Translations under genes and position numbers: made by a program
The notes under the pieces: model-generated
Databases searched by the model: none
What the model saw: only the letters and a program-made list of their open reading frames with translations
Told to the model about the DNA's origin: nothing
In this document: piece after piece, positions 1 to 8,906 of the stretch
Numbering within the stretch: the first letter of the stretch is position 1
How the letters are laid out: every line of letters begins with the position of its first letter
NCBI GenBank assembly: GCA_038206135.1
Contig: JBBRBD010000002.1
Span: 2,896-66,895 of the forward strand
DNA: 64,000 bases
Source: Patescibacteria group bacterium
GTDB taxonomy: Bacteria; Patescibacteriota; Microgenomatia; UBA8517
Direction of reading: 5' to 3'

Positions 1-1633
1 CAGAAGATTTTTGTGAGGCAGGATCTGAAGCAACGTTAGCCGTAACTGTTAAATTGTCCATAACAAGAGAGTCTTGAAAAGCCACAGAATAATTTTGAGT
101 ATATTTGAATGTGAATGGAGCTGCGGTAGTAATACTACCATCTGTCGGAGCTGTTGGTATAGCAGGAGCGACTGGTGGACAGGTGCCACCACCATCTTTC
201 AAAACTTGGCAGTCATATTTAAACGTCACATTTGTTAGCGTTTCTTTCTTTGCAGTAATGGTGATTGTATATTCAACAGAAAATGGCAAGTCACTGTTTT
301 TAAATGGTCCAGGAGGATTTGCCGTTTTTGTAACCTTAATATATGGATTATCTTGTGCAGAAGCTCCTGTTGAACCTGGTTGAGTACCTGTCGTTGTTAA
401 TGCAGATCCTGGTGGAACTACATAACCGCTTGCATTAATAATAAACATAATAAACGCAATAATAGGAACTAGTATTATTGAAATTGCGGCTGTCGCAGTA
501 GCTCCAACTACTAATCCTGGACCGATTGCAGATCCTACTATAACTGCTAATCCGCCAAGGGCAGCTCCCGCAGTTTTAAGTGTATCTTTAGTTTTTTTGA
601 AACTTCCCAATATAGCTTTTTGAATAAGCGGTCCGACAACTCTACTTATTAATTCCTCGGCAAGCATTCCAACTCCAGGTGCAACTGTATTCAATCCAAC
701 AGCCAGTGCTGCTTTAACAGCCCATTTACTAGCTTGTTTTGCCGCTAACTTTGTAATTGCACCACCAGCTTTTGAAGCTAGGTATCCACTCGGGTCTCTG
801 AAAAACTGCGCACCGTTGGTTCCTCTCATAAGAACTCCGAGAGCTGGCACTTTTTCACTTAGTTCACCGAGTTTCCCAGTGAGTTTAGATTGTACCTCGG
901 CACCAATAGTGCTTCCTTTCGCGAGAGATGCCGCAGAGATGAGTGTACTCTCTAGGCTATATAATTCTCCCTGACTGTTACTTGTTCGAGTTGCCCAACT
1001 ATTATCTTGTAACTGATTCTCAAAATAAGTTATAGTGGCTTCTCTTCGTGCATCTCGAAGTTCTTTCTCTGATGGCCCTAAAGCTGCAATTTTTGCAGCA
1101 TCCATGTTGTACTGCATTTCCAAAGCCTTTTTGTCTTTGATTTTTTTTTCAAGTTCGATACGTCTTTCAGCTTGCTTTTGTGCGATTGTTTTTTCCTTTA
1201 TTTCCTCAGTTGAGAGTTCGTCTATTGTCCCTGTTGAAAACCAGGCTGCTTCCAAGATATCGTCTTCATTTTTTCCATCAAGTAGTCCGTACTTATCTTT
1301 GTTTTTAAGTAATTCGATTGTTGAAGTCGCAACAGCACCTTGTGTATGGGCAGTATTCTTTTGTGTTGATGAACTGGCTCTTCGAGCAGACATTTTCTCA
1401 AGTCCTTGCATTGCAATTGAATATCGGTAGCTACTGCCTGGGTTTCTTAGTTCTTGAATATCTCCAGCACTGAATACTTGTTGCGCATGATTGTAAATAT
1501 CGTCATACGCCTTTTCTATATATTCCTTTGTGCCACCAGTCTGATTTTCTGGATGAAGTCGAGCTTCTGTTCCTGCTGCTGCAACAGCTTCTCTGAGATG
1601 TCGACCTAAAACTGATTCCTGTGAATCTGCCAT
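1..1633 (-). CDS. Large membrane-associated protein, partial. Only the N-terminal ~544 aa are in the window. It has a coiled-coil/charged N-terminal half (MADSQESVLGRHLREAVAAAG...), then Gly/Ala-rich TM segments, then an extracytoplasmic region. It lies directly downstream of VirB4, so it is probably part of the T4SS-like locus.
   Basis: Manual minus-strand translation from the ATG at 1631-1633 stays open to the window edge. The supplied ORF track does not list it because it has no stop inside the window. The start lies 3 nt after the virB4 stop (1637-1639). Confidence 0.5.
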   Translation of the reverse strand, partial: MADSQESVLGRHLREAVAAAGTEARLHPENQTGGTKEYIEKAYDDIYNHAQQVFSAGDIQELRNPGSSYRYSIAMQGLEKMSARRASSSTQKNTAHTQGAVATSTIELLKNKDKYGLLDGKNEDDILEAAWFSTGTIDELSTEEIKEKTIAQKQAERRIELEKKIKDKKALEMQYNMDAAKIAALGPSEKELRDARREATITYFENQLQDNSWATRTSNSQGELYSLESTLISAASLAKGSTIGAEVQSKLTGKLGELSEKVPALGVLMRGTNGAQFFRDPSGYLASKAGGAITKLAAKQASKWAVKAALAVGLNTVAPGVGMLAEELISRVVGPLIQKAILGSFKKTKDTLKTAGAALGGLAVIVGSAIGPGLVVGATATAAISIILVPIIAFIMFIINASGYVVPPGSALTTTGTQPGSTGASAQDNPYIKVTKTANPPGPFKNSDLPFSVEYTITITAKKETLTNVTFKYDCQVLKDGGGTCPPVAPAIPTAPTDGSITTAAPFTFKYTQNYSVAFQDSLVMDNLTVTANVASDPASQKSS

Positions 1634-1636
1634 ATG

Positions 1637-3589
1637 TTATTTCATTTGCCCCGCAATAGCTGCAACTGCCGCAGGTGCTGTTGACTGATCAGCTGTAAGA
1701 ATTGTTTTGTTTTTGGTATCCATCAAGTCTTGTGGTTTTGTGGTTACAAATTCATATTCTTCAGGCGAGGCAACAACTCTAATTGGTGCGTGATGAGGGC
1801 CTGCAAACAATATTCCTTCTCCCACTCCTGCTGCAAGAAGGAGCTGCTTTTCCCCTTGAGACAAATAAAATGTTTCCGTAATGCGATCGATTGCGGCAGG
1901 GGATTGCTTAAGTAAAAGCCGCATTGCGGAGTTTGTCACAACAGCTTTTCCAATATCTTGTGAAAGGAAGTCTTCTACGTCTTGAGTTATTGTCGTTAAA
2001 CCTAAATAATATTTACGTGCGCGTTTTACAATCGACCACAAGAATGCTGCAGTATCTTCATACCTCATCATGTGCCACGCCTCATCAACAACGAGAAGTC
2101 TTTTTTTAATATCACGGCGTACTTTTGTCCAAATAAAATCAAGAATAATAAACATAGCAATAGGGCGCAATGTATCTTGAATGTCTCGCACTGAAAAAGT
2201 TGTAAACGGGTTTTCTATATTGATGTTTGTCTGTTGATCAAAAATTCCAACATAGCTACCTTTTACATATTTCTCAATTCTTGAAGCCAAATCAATTGCT
2301 TCTGTTGTTTCCATACCGATTAATGCTTTATATAAGTCTTCTATTAACGGTGGCTCTTTATCTTGAGTTTCAGGGTCCATCGTAATTCCTTTTGCTTTGT
2401 ATGCATTAATAAGTGCACGATCGAGGAGTGCTTCCTGGCTCGCATTTAATTCTCCCATTATGACTTTAAAAAGTGAGTGAAGGGTTAGAATTTTTAATCC
2501 AAGTTGGTTTTCACCTTTTTCGTAAATTTGAGACAAATCAAACGGGTTGATTTTCGATGGAGAGCTAAAACTAAATGCAATATATTCACCACCAACTGCT
2601 TCTGTTATTGCTCGATATTCGTTTTCAGGGTCGATAACAATAATTTCTGCACCCATCATAAGAGAGCGGAGAGATTCCAGTTTTACAAAGAAAGATTTCC
2701 CTGCACCGGAAGTTGCAAAAACGGTGAGGTTTGAATTCTCCAAGCTAAAGCGGTCAAAAATAATAAAGGAATCATTTTGTGCATTAATTCCGTACAAAAT
2801 TCCAGTGTCGCTCGAAAGTTCGGCAGTGGTAAATGGAAAAGTAGTCGCAAGAGATGTTGTATCCATGTTTCTTGTTATGGTCAGCACATCTCTCCCAAAT
2901 GGGGCTGATGATAGAAATCCTTTTTGATGATCGAGTGTTGCATGTTTTGAAACAATAAGTACCGAGCCCAATGTTGATTCAACACGCTTCGTAATGCTAT
3001 TTAGCTCTTCTTCGTTTGCAGCTGGAATTGTTATGTAAAAACTGTACTGATAAAAACGCTCAATTCCTTTTATGAGCTGCTCTTGTAAAACCTTTGCATC
3101 CTCAAGTTTTGCTTCTGTTCCAGGATTTACAATTTTTCCACGCTGGATATCAGTCGACATTTCGGCTTCCATTTCAGTAATTTTGCGACGCAATTCATCA
3201 AGAACAGTGCGTCCTTCGACCGGGTATATATAAAACGATATATCGAGACTATGGTCAAAATTAATAACTGGCTCTAGCCAACCAGGCACTACAAACCGTG
3301 GATAACCAGCCACAAACAGAGTTCTAAAATAAACTTGTCCAATTCGAATGCTATCAAAATTTACTTCAATGTCCTGTGGAGCTACAACGTCAGCAATAGT
3401 TAGTGTTTTGTCTTTTTTTAATGCCTCTACCGGGTCACCAAATTTCGGTCGATCGACCTGTTGTTCCATCGTTTTTGTTTGTATGTCAGAAGTATCGACA
3501 ATCGCAGGAGTACTTACTGGATTAACAGTCTGTTTAATTTGATCTGAGGCTACTGGTGTTGGCGCTTGGTTTGGTTGTGTTGGATTCAT
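1637..3589 (-). CDS. virB4: VirB4/TrbE/CagE-family type IV secretion ATPase
   Basis: 650 aa. Walker A motif ATSGAGKSFFVK. Walker B motif RLLVVDEAWHMM. Overall length and layout fit VirB4-like ATPases. Confidence 0.85.
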   Translation of the reverse strand: MNPTQPNQAPTPVASDQIKQTVNPVSTPAIVDTSDIQTKTMEQQVDRPKFGDPVEALKKDKTLTIADVVAPQDIEVNFDSIRIGQVYFRTLFVAGYPRFVVPGWLEPVINFDHSLDISFYIYPVEGRTVLDELRRKITEMEAEMSTDIQRGKIVNPGTEAKLEDAKVLQEQLIKGIERFYQYSFYITIPAANEEELNSITKRVESTLGSVLIVSKHATLDHQKGFLSSAPFGRDVLTITRNMDTTSLATTFPFTTAELSSDTGILYGINAQNDSFIIFDRFSLENSNLTVFATSGAGKSFFVKLESLRSLMMGAEIIVIDPENEYRAITEAVGGEYIAFSFSSPSKINPFDLSQIYEKGENQLGLKILTLHSLFKVIMGELNASQEALLDRALINAYKAKGITMDPETQDKEPPLIEDLYKALIGMETTEAIDLASRIEKYVKGSYVGIFDQQTNINIENPFTTFSVRDIQDTLRPIAMFIILDFIWTKVRRDIKKRLLVVDEAWHMMRYEDTAAFLWSIVKRARKYYLGLTTITQDVEDFLSQDIGKAVVTNSAMRLLLKQSPAAIDRITETFYLSQGEKQLLLAAGVGEGILFAGPHHAPIRVVASPEEYEFVTTKPQDLMDTKNKTILTADQSTAPAAVAAIAGQMK

Positions 3590-3590
3590 A

Positions 3591-4283
3591 TTATTCTTCT
3601 TTTGTTTCTGGTAATTCTTTTACAGAGTCTACGCTTGGGTTATAAATATCGTAGAACAAGTGTATCAATTCTTCGCGATTTAATTGTGTGGCTCTTAAAC
3701 CAAGGCGTGCACATTGCTTAATTAAATGGTCACGTTTTGGATACAAAACTGTTTTTACTTTTTTCAAAATGTAATCTTCGGTATAGGGTAGTGGTCCACC
3801 CTTTTTCATACCTGGAATAAGACCTTTGCTAAAGCCGAGTTCAAGCGGAGAGAAGGGAATAATCAAAAAGAACCGTTTTCCTAAAACATTTCGTTTTCGA
3901 ATAGTCTCGGAAATAAATGTTTTGTAATTTAACATGAGTTCTTTTAACTTGGGATTCTTCATCGCATTTATTTTCTCGTCCAAATACGATAAATAACTCC
4001 CAATATCTTTTCGTTGAGTGCGTACACTAATTTCAGTGGCAAACGATAAACTGTTAATCATCGCAGCGAATGCCGCAATTACTGCTTCTTGTTCACGTTC
4101 TGACAATAGTCCAAAGTTAAGCGACGAAGTTTCCAATACAATTGCAGCCCCTCCATCTTTGTACATGACGATGTCATCTAAAACATCTGCTATAGGAACA
4201 GCTTCTTGTGTTGCTTTTACAATAGGAGTATCAGGTGTGTTTAAAAGAGGTACTTTTGCAAACAGAGTATCAATTATTGCCAT
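3591..4283 (-). CDS. Hypothetical soluble protein (230 aa) immediately upstream of VirB4 with a 2-nt gap. It may correspond to the separately encoded N-terminal domain of VirB4.
   Basis: Tight operon coupling to the VirB4 gene. VirB4 here is about 150-200 aa shorter than typical ~800-aa VirB4 proteins. No recognisable motifs. Confidence 0.4.
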   Translation of the reverse strand: MAIIDTLFAKVPLLNTPDTPIVKATQEAVPIADVLDDIVMYKDGGAAIVLETSSLNFGLLSEREQEAVIAAFAAMINSLSFATEISVRTQRKDIGSYLSYLDEKINAMKNPKLKELMLNYKTFISETIRKRNVLGKRFFLIIPFSPLELGFSKGLIPGMKKGGPLPYTEDYILKKVKTVLYPKRDHLIKQCARLGLRATQLNREELIHLFYDIYNPSVDSVKELPETKEE

Positions 4284-4285
4284 AT

Positions 4286-5383
4286 TTATGCATTAGCCTT
4301 AACTGCCATTGGTGAAATTATCGCCCCGTGTATTTCAAAAGAAAGGGGTGAAAAAGTGAGACCTTCTTTTTCCACATTCATTTGATATGATCCATTTGGA
4401 AGGGGAGTTACTATCATGAAATGGCCCGCTTTGTTTGTTTTGAGAGCTCGAACAGGGCGACCTTGAAAGTCTTTAATTTCCAAAATAGCTCCTTCTACAA
4501 TTTTATTTTGAGCTGTCATTACCTGTCCCACAATTACATTTGGAATTGTAGCAGGTGAAGGGGGAGCTGCATCTGGTGAAAATTGTACGGCAACTGCAGA
4601 TTCTTCAGTTTGAGGATGAAGCGTCTGTTCTATTGGTGCAAGTGTTCCGGTTGCAGACCCTGACTGTTTTACCTCTGTTTGAGCAAATCCTGAGTGTTGT
4701 TGCATTGTAATTGCTGGAGTTGCAGGTGTAGCAACAAAAAGAGTCCCTGCTATTGGTGTAGGAGGTGTATATGCAACAACTGCTGCTGGCTTTGAAGCGT
4801 TTTGAAGTATTTCAGACTGAATAGTAGTAGACACATTCAGTGGTAATGATGTTTCTGGAACTAAAACATTGTTCCCTGGGATTTGGACAACAGGAACTGC
4901 TGTATTTGGTTGTGTAACTGAGGTTGTAGTTTTTTGATGCAAACTAAACATATCAGATATGTTTGCGAGAAAATTATTTTCTTTCGTTTCCATTTTTGTA
5001 ACTGATGCATCTGTTATTTTTGTTTGTCCTGGAATGGTGCTGGGAATCGCGGTTGTTGGAGCGATATTTGCACTCGCAAAATATGAGACATTACTGTCTT
5101 TTTTCCATCGATATTGTGTCGGGCCATAGACTGCTCTGAAAAACGCAGAAATCCATTCCTCTAGTGGACGTTCTTGAAGTGGTAAAAATGCAAAAGCAGC
5201 TCCTGCTACTACAAACAATACAATGAGTGGCCACTTAAAAATCGAAGGAAGGGGAGTGGCATACATAATAAGACCTAATACGGCACCCGCCGCAAGTTGA
5301 AAAAATTGCTTTAAAGTCATGTCACCTACCAATCGAAACTGGTATGAGCTTATTTGTTGAGGAACCGGATGTTGTTCAAACAT
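4286..5383 (-). CDS. Membrane protein with two N-terminal TM helices (VirB3/PrgI-like position), a Thr/Pro/Ala-rich linker, and a C-terminal carboxypeptidase-regulatory-like beta-sandwich domain
   Basis: N-terminal hydrophobic helices (LAAGAVLGLIMYATPLP ; WPLIVLFVVAGAAFAFLPL). C-terminal block VVGQVMTAQNKIVEGAILEIKDFQGRPVRALKTNKAGHFMIVTPLPNGSYQMNVEKEGLTF matches the CarboxypepD_reg/Cna-B-like G-V-D-G-P-GA-V pattern. Position immediately upstream of the virB4 genes. Confidence 0.5.
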   Translation of the reverse strand: MFEQHPVPQQISSYQFRLVGDMTLKQFFQLAAGAVLGLIMYATPLPSIFKWPLIVLFVVAGAAFAFLPLQERPLEEWISAFFRAVYGPTQYRWKKDSNVSYFASANIAPTTAIPSTIPGQTKITDASVTKMETKENNFLANISDMFSLHQKTTTSVTQPNTAVPVVQIPGNNVLVPETSLPLNVSTTIQSEILQNASKPAAVVAYTPPTPIAGTLFVATPATPAITMQQHSGFAQTEVKQSGSATGTLAPIEQTLHPQTEESAVAVQFSPDAAPPSPATIPNVIVGQVMTAQNKIVEGAILEIKDFQGRPVRALKTNKAGHFMIVTPLPNGSYQMNVEKEGLTFSPLSFEIHGAIISPMAVKANA

Positions 5384-5680
5384 TTTTAAAAATCTAATAG
5401 TCTACCACCTTCATCATCTCTTGTGTGAAGCCAATATTCAAGGAGCATACCTTTTCACGGTATAATATTAAATTGAAACATTTTGTCGCTTATAATTAAG
5501 AGTTACAAAAACTTGAAAAAGGTTTGTGGAAAGTATCTAAAGATTTCCTAAACTGCAGGAATCTTATTGAGGTTTAATATAATGAGAAAATAGTACTTGT
5601 TCTACGACACAAATACAAGATTTTTTCTTTATAAAATAAATCACCTCGGCAAGATGCCGAGGTGTTCTTGTAATTACCCT
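5384..5680 (-). promoter_or_regulatory. AT-rich ~300 bp intergenic region, a likely promoter for the VirB3-like/VirB4 operon (minus strand)
   Basis: Long non-coding AT-rich gap between co-directional genes. Contains TATAAT-like and TTGAAA-like hexamers. Not mapped precisely. Confidence 0.25.
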
Positions 5681-6625
5681 TTATGAGCAATTATATTCAG
5701 TTGTTTGTCCACTTTGGACGGTATGGATGGATTCCAATTTGACAACCTTTGTCGAGCTAAAGTCTTTCGACATTCCAGGGTCAATTCTCACACTTCTACC
5801 ATCAACATTCCACCAAACAATTACATTAAAGTCGGCGTTGCTTACCCAATTTTCTACATTGTCGAGCCAAACTTTGTTTTCCGACTTGTGCATGATTCCC
5901 ATCACTGTTGTACACAAATCCGTCTCGTTCACACTCTTACTTGTGGGTATCACTGTCAACGATATCTCAGGCGCATCATTAGTGACATCAAGTGCCTTTT
6001 GAATCGTGAGTACGTTTCCTGCGCTACTGTTGATGCTATTGATTATGTCTTGAGGTCCTTTAATTACAGGTGCAAATACCGCTTGTAATACAAGAATGAT
6101 TGCAACAACAATGGCGATGATAATCCCTGCAATTGCGGTAGTTCGCTTTTTGTTCTGTCCGTTTCTAAGGAAATACACCAACCAGACTATTGCAATTGGG
6201 ATGAAAGCAAACAGAAGTGTAGTACCAAGTGATCCGCCGAATCCAAATAGGATAGAGGCAATACAGTATATTGGCCCAAGTACTAAAAGAATTAGGCATG
6301 TAACCCATTTCTTCGCAAACTCTAAAATTCTGCCATTTGACGGGGTTTGTGTTTCTTCTGTTGCCGATACTTGAACTTCATCAGTTTGATCATTTGTCAC
6401 AATCTGTTCTGCTTCATCAAAAATTGAATTATCTTCACTGTCAGATGGAGCAGTCCATTCGTTATATGCTTTTCTCATCGTGTCAGAGGAAAGCACTCTG
6501 TACGCTTCTTGTACCTCATCATTTTTATCTGTCGCGGCGTTGTAAAGCGCCTCAATTTGAATTTTCGTGGCATTTCTATCTGCCCCTAGAACCTGATAAT
6601 AATCTTTGCTTGGATCAAAGTTCAC
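5681..6625 (-). CDS. Membrane protein with a degenerate J-domain-like N-terminus (no HPD), about three TM helices and a C-terminal extracytoplasmic domain
   Basis: N-terminus KDYYQVLGADRNATKIQIEALYNAATDKND-EVQEAYRVLSSDTMRKAYNEW aligns to J-domain helices I-III (DYYEILGV...EAYEVLSD..KR..YD). The HPD loop is replaced by a shortened TDKN loop. Hydrophobic segments at about residues 108-175. Confidence 0.45.
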   Translation of the reverse strand: MNFDPSKDYYQVLGADRNATKIQIEALYNAATDKNDEVQEAYRVLSSDTMRKAYNEWTAPSDSEDNSIFDEAEQIVTNDQTDEVQVSATEETQTPSNGRILEFAKKWVTCLILLVLGPIYCIASILFGFGGSLGTTLLFAFIPIAIVWLVYFLRNGQNKKRTTAIAGIIIAIVVAIILVLQAVFAPVIKGPQDIINSINSSAGNVLTIQKALDVTNDAPEISLTVIPTSKSVNETDLCTTVMGIMHKSENKVWLDNVENWVSNADFNVIVWWNVDGRSVRIDPGMSKDFSSTKVVKLESIHTVQSGQTTEYNCS

Positions 6626-6757
6626 GCTCAGTCTCCTCTTCGAGATATATAATGTACTTGAGAATTATAACACTATAAGTCTATTTCTGCAATTCCTGAC
6701 ACTAATTAAACAGGCACAAAAAAAGTCGATTCTTTTGGATATGAATCGACTTTTGTT

Positions 6758-7312
6758 TTAGTAGGAACAAATTGGTCTACTTAAGAGACTTGTTGAAATC
6801 CACTCATTTTGTCCAATTGATGCCCAGTCACCCGTTGTGTCAGTACCGAAATAGATGAGATTCGTCTGGTTTTGAACGTTACCTACAACGTCGGAATTGG
6901 ATGCAGGTCCGTTTCTAATCCGAGCAGTTTTATTATCAGATACAGTGACCACGACAGTGCAAACTTTTGGTGGAGAAGGTGTATCTGTTTCAAAAACAGG
7001 GATTGGTGTCAGTGTAATTGTCGCTGGAATTTCAGTTTTCGGAATATTGGTCGGTGAAATTGGATTTTTTGTAATTGTTGCCGTTGGAGTAATTATTTGA
7101 TGGATAGTTACCTCGTTTGACCTTAAAAATGCATATGTTGTACCAATTACAAGACCAATTGTTAGTAAAAAGCTGCCTACGATCAAAATTGTTGATCCAA
7201 TACAACCTAGTTGTCGACTTTCTACTTCCTTTTGAATGACATGGTGCCCTGTCTCATCCACATTCTCAAATATGTCATTTTCAGATATTTCAATTAAGCT
7301 TTCCTTTTCCAT
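6758..7312 (-). CDS. Single-pass membrane protein with a C-terminal bacterial SH3 (SH3b)-like domain
   Basis: One TM helix (ILIVGSFLLTIGLVIGTTYAFL). C-terminal TARIRNGPASNSDVVGNVQNQTNLIYFGTDTTGDWASIGQNEWISTSLL resembles the SH3_3 pattern (vRsGPs..s.vig.l..g..v........gdWaki...GWi.s.yL). Confidence 0.45.
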   Translation of the reverse strand: MEKESLIEISENDIFENVDETGHHVIQKEVESRQLGCIGSTILIVGSFLLTIGLVIGTTYAFLRSNEVTIHQIITPTATITKNPISPTNIPKTEIPATITLTPIPVFETDTPSPPKVCTVVVTVSDNKTARIRNGPASNSDVVGNVQNQTNLIYFGTDTTGDWASIGQNEWISTSLLSRPICSY

Positions 7313-7541
7313 TCAAAATTCTCCCCAGAAATAGGAAACAGCCAATTCTACCATAGTCCGATAGTCGGTTAGTGAAAAATCATAAATATTGTAGATAACG
7401 CTGCATTGATTGAACTCAATATCAATTTGTGATACTATTGTCGGAGTTTACTTTCTAATCGACTGATGGGCACATTAACAATCCAATAATAATTACTATA
7501 CGGATTCTTATCGTGTCTTTCTAAAGTGAAAGAAGTCTTCA

Positions 7542-8372
7542 ATGAAATATCTACTGTTATGGTTTGTAAGCGGATTTCTTATTTACATCATAGTACCTCC
7601 GCTTATTGCGGCGGTACCACAATTTCAACAGGAGTTATTCTCTGTTTTTTCTGGTGTAATTCCTTTGTATACAGATCAAATGAAGGTGTTCTCAGTCGTC
7701 TTGTCTGGCCTTTTTGTTGTATTTCTATCAATGCTTGATAGTTTTTTGAGACCCCGTCCAGTTCTTCAGCCACAACAAAATGCCCGTCCCGCAGCTTTCG
7801 TTCCTGTGAATTCTCAAGTTTTAACATCACAAGGAGACCCAGCAGCGTCTAATCCAAGAACAATCACAAGACGTGTACCTCGAACAAATAGCATGGGAAC
7901 TCCGCATCTAGAGCTTAGATCATTCAAGTTAATAGCACACAATGGTATTAATTTTAGACTATCAAAAGGGGATGATCTTACTTCGAAAGAAAAGTTTCGA
8001 CCAGTTATTGAAATTCGGGTAAATAATCCTGAACTTGTTGGGAAAGTATTGCCACTGCAATTTGATTTGATAAATCCAGACGGCAAGATGATTAACAGTT
8101 TAAGATTAATGCCGATATTAAAGCGAGGCCGGAATATAATTGTTCCTGATGACTCAGAATTTGAGGTTTCTAGCAAAGAAGCTGGTGTGTGGGCAATGAA
8201 ACTACTGTATGGTCAGCACTTGTGGGGAAGGCTCATTTTTACAATGTTAGGGCAAAGCATCTCTAACTTATCGAGCCATATTGGGGCAGATATGGAGATG
8301 GATGGTGAAGCTTTACTTGCGGCAAATGAAGTTACTCGAAATTTCACGTTAGAAGATCTGTTAAGACTTTAA
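7542..8372 (+). CDS. Hypothetical membrane protein (2 N-terminal TM helices plus a ~190-aa soluble domain). First gene of the E2/JAB/E1 operon.
   Basis: 276-aa ORF ending 18 nt before the E2 gene start (same strand). Hydrophobic N-terminus (LLLWFVSGFLIYIIVPPLIAAV ; VFSVVLSGLFVVFLSML). Confidence 0.5.
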   Translation: MKYLLLWFVSGFLIYIIVPPLIAAVPQFQQELFSVFSGVIPLYTDQMKVFSVVLSGLFVVFLSMLDSFLRPRPVLQPQQNARPAAFVPVNSQVLTSQGDPAASNPRTITRRVPRTNSMGTPHLELRSFKLIAHNGINFRLSKGDDLTSKEKFRPVIEIRVNNPELVGKVLPLQFDLINPDGKMINSLRLMPILKRGRNIIVPDDSEFEVSSKEAGVWAMKLLYGQHLWGRLIFTMLGQSISNLSSHIGADMEMDGEALLAANEVTRNFTLEDLLRL

Positions 8373-8389
8373 AACAAGGAGAAGATTCA

Positions 8390-8899
8390 ATGTCAAATTG
8401 GTGGATTGATACGGGAAATAGACCTTCCACACGACTTGCGGTGGAGGTTATTGCGATGAAAAAGGCGTTTGTCGAAAAGGAATTAACTGATTTTAAATAC
8501 GGTGCTAGTTGGGACAGGCCTTTTCAAATAAAAACGCTGCGAAAAAAACTTCATATAGAAGGTTCCGCAGCTCCGTATTGGCAACTTGAGTTTGTTATGC
8601 AGCCTATGCCTGGAGTTGCCCCGCTGTTAAATTCATCTGACGTTTTTAAACTTCAGATTCTGTACACTTCTGACTTTCCTGGTAAAGAACCGCAGGCAAA
8701 TTATCTTTCACCAGATGTCAGCGGTTCACTTCATCTATTTGTTAGTGGAAATAAACTGTGTTTGCACAATCACAGCTCAGCAAATAGTGGGTGGGATCCA
8801 GCTCGTTCAACAGCAGCAACTATAGCTGTCTGGTCCATCCAATGGGCCCGAGCATGGCTAAGCTGGAAACTAACTGGTTCTTGGCCAGAAGTACAATAA
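8390..8899 (+). CDS. Ubiquitin-conjugating enzyme (E2/UBC)-like protein, the prokaryotic E2 of an E2/JAB/E1 operon
   Basis: 169 aa. SDFPGKEPQANYLSPDVSGSLHLFVSGNKLCLHNHSSANSGWDPARSTAATIAVWSIQW parallels the eukaryotic E2 core (YPFKPPKV.F....HPNI...G.ICLdiL...WsPa.ti..vL.si). Candidate catalytic Cys is in NKLCL. Strong RBS AAGGAG upstream of the ATG. Confidence 0.65.
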   Translation: MSNWWIDTGNRPSTRLAVEVIAMKKAFVEKELTDFKYGASWDRPFQIKTLRKKLHIEGSAAPYWQLEFVMQPMPGVAPLLNSSDVFKLQILYTSDFPGKEPQANYLSPDVSGSLHLFVSGNKLCLHNHSSANSGWDPARSTAATIAVWSIQWARAWLSWKLTGSWPEVQ

Positions 8900-8906
8900 A
8901 AAGGAC

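Noticed and set aside
105-383. 92-aa plus-strand ORF from the ORF track
   Set aside because: It lies entirely inside the long minus-strand partial gene (1..1633) that the track omits for lack of an in-window stop. The composition is antisense-like (Gly/Ala/Val-rich shadow ORF).
1730-3542. Several 60-126-aa plus-strand ORFs (1730..1915, 1924..2109, 2504..2734, 2547..2927, 3348..3542)
   Set aside because: They are antisense shadows within the well-supported VirB4 gene.
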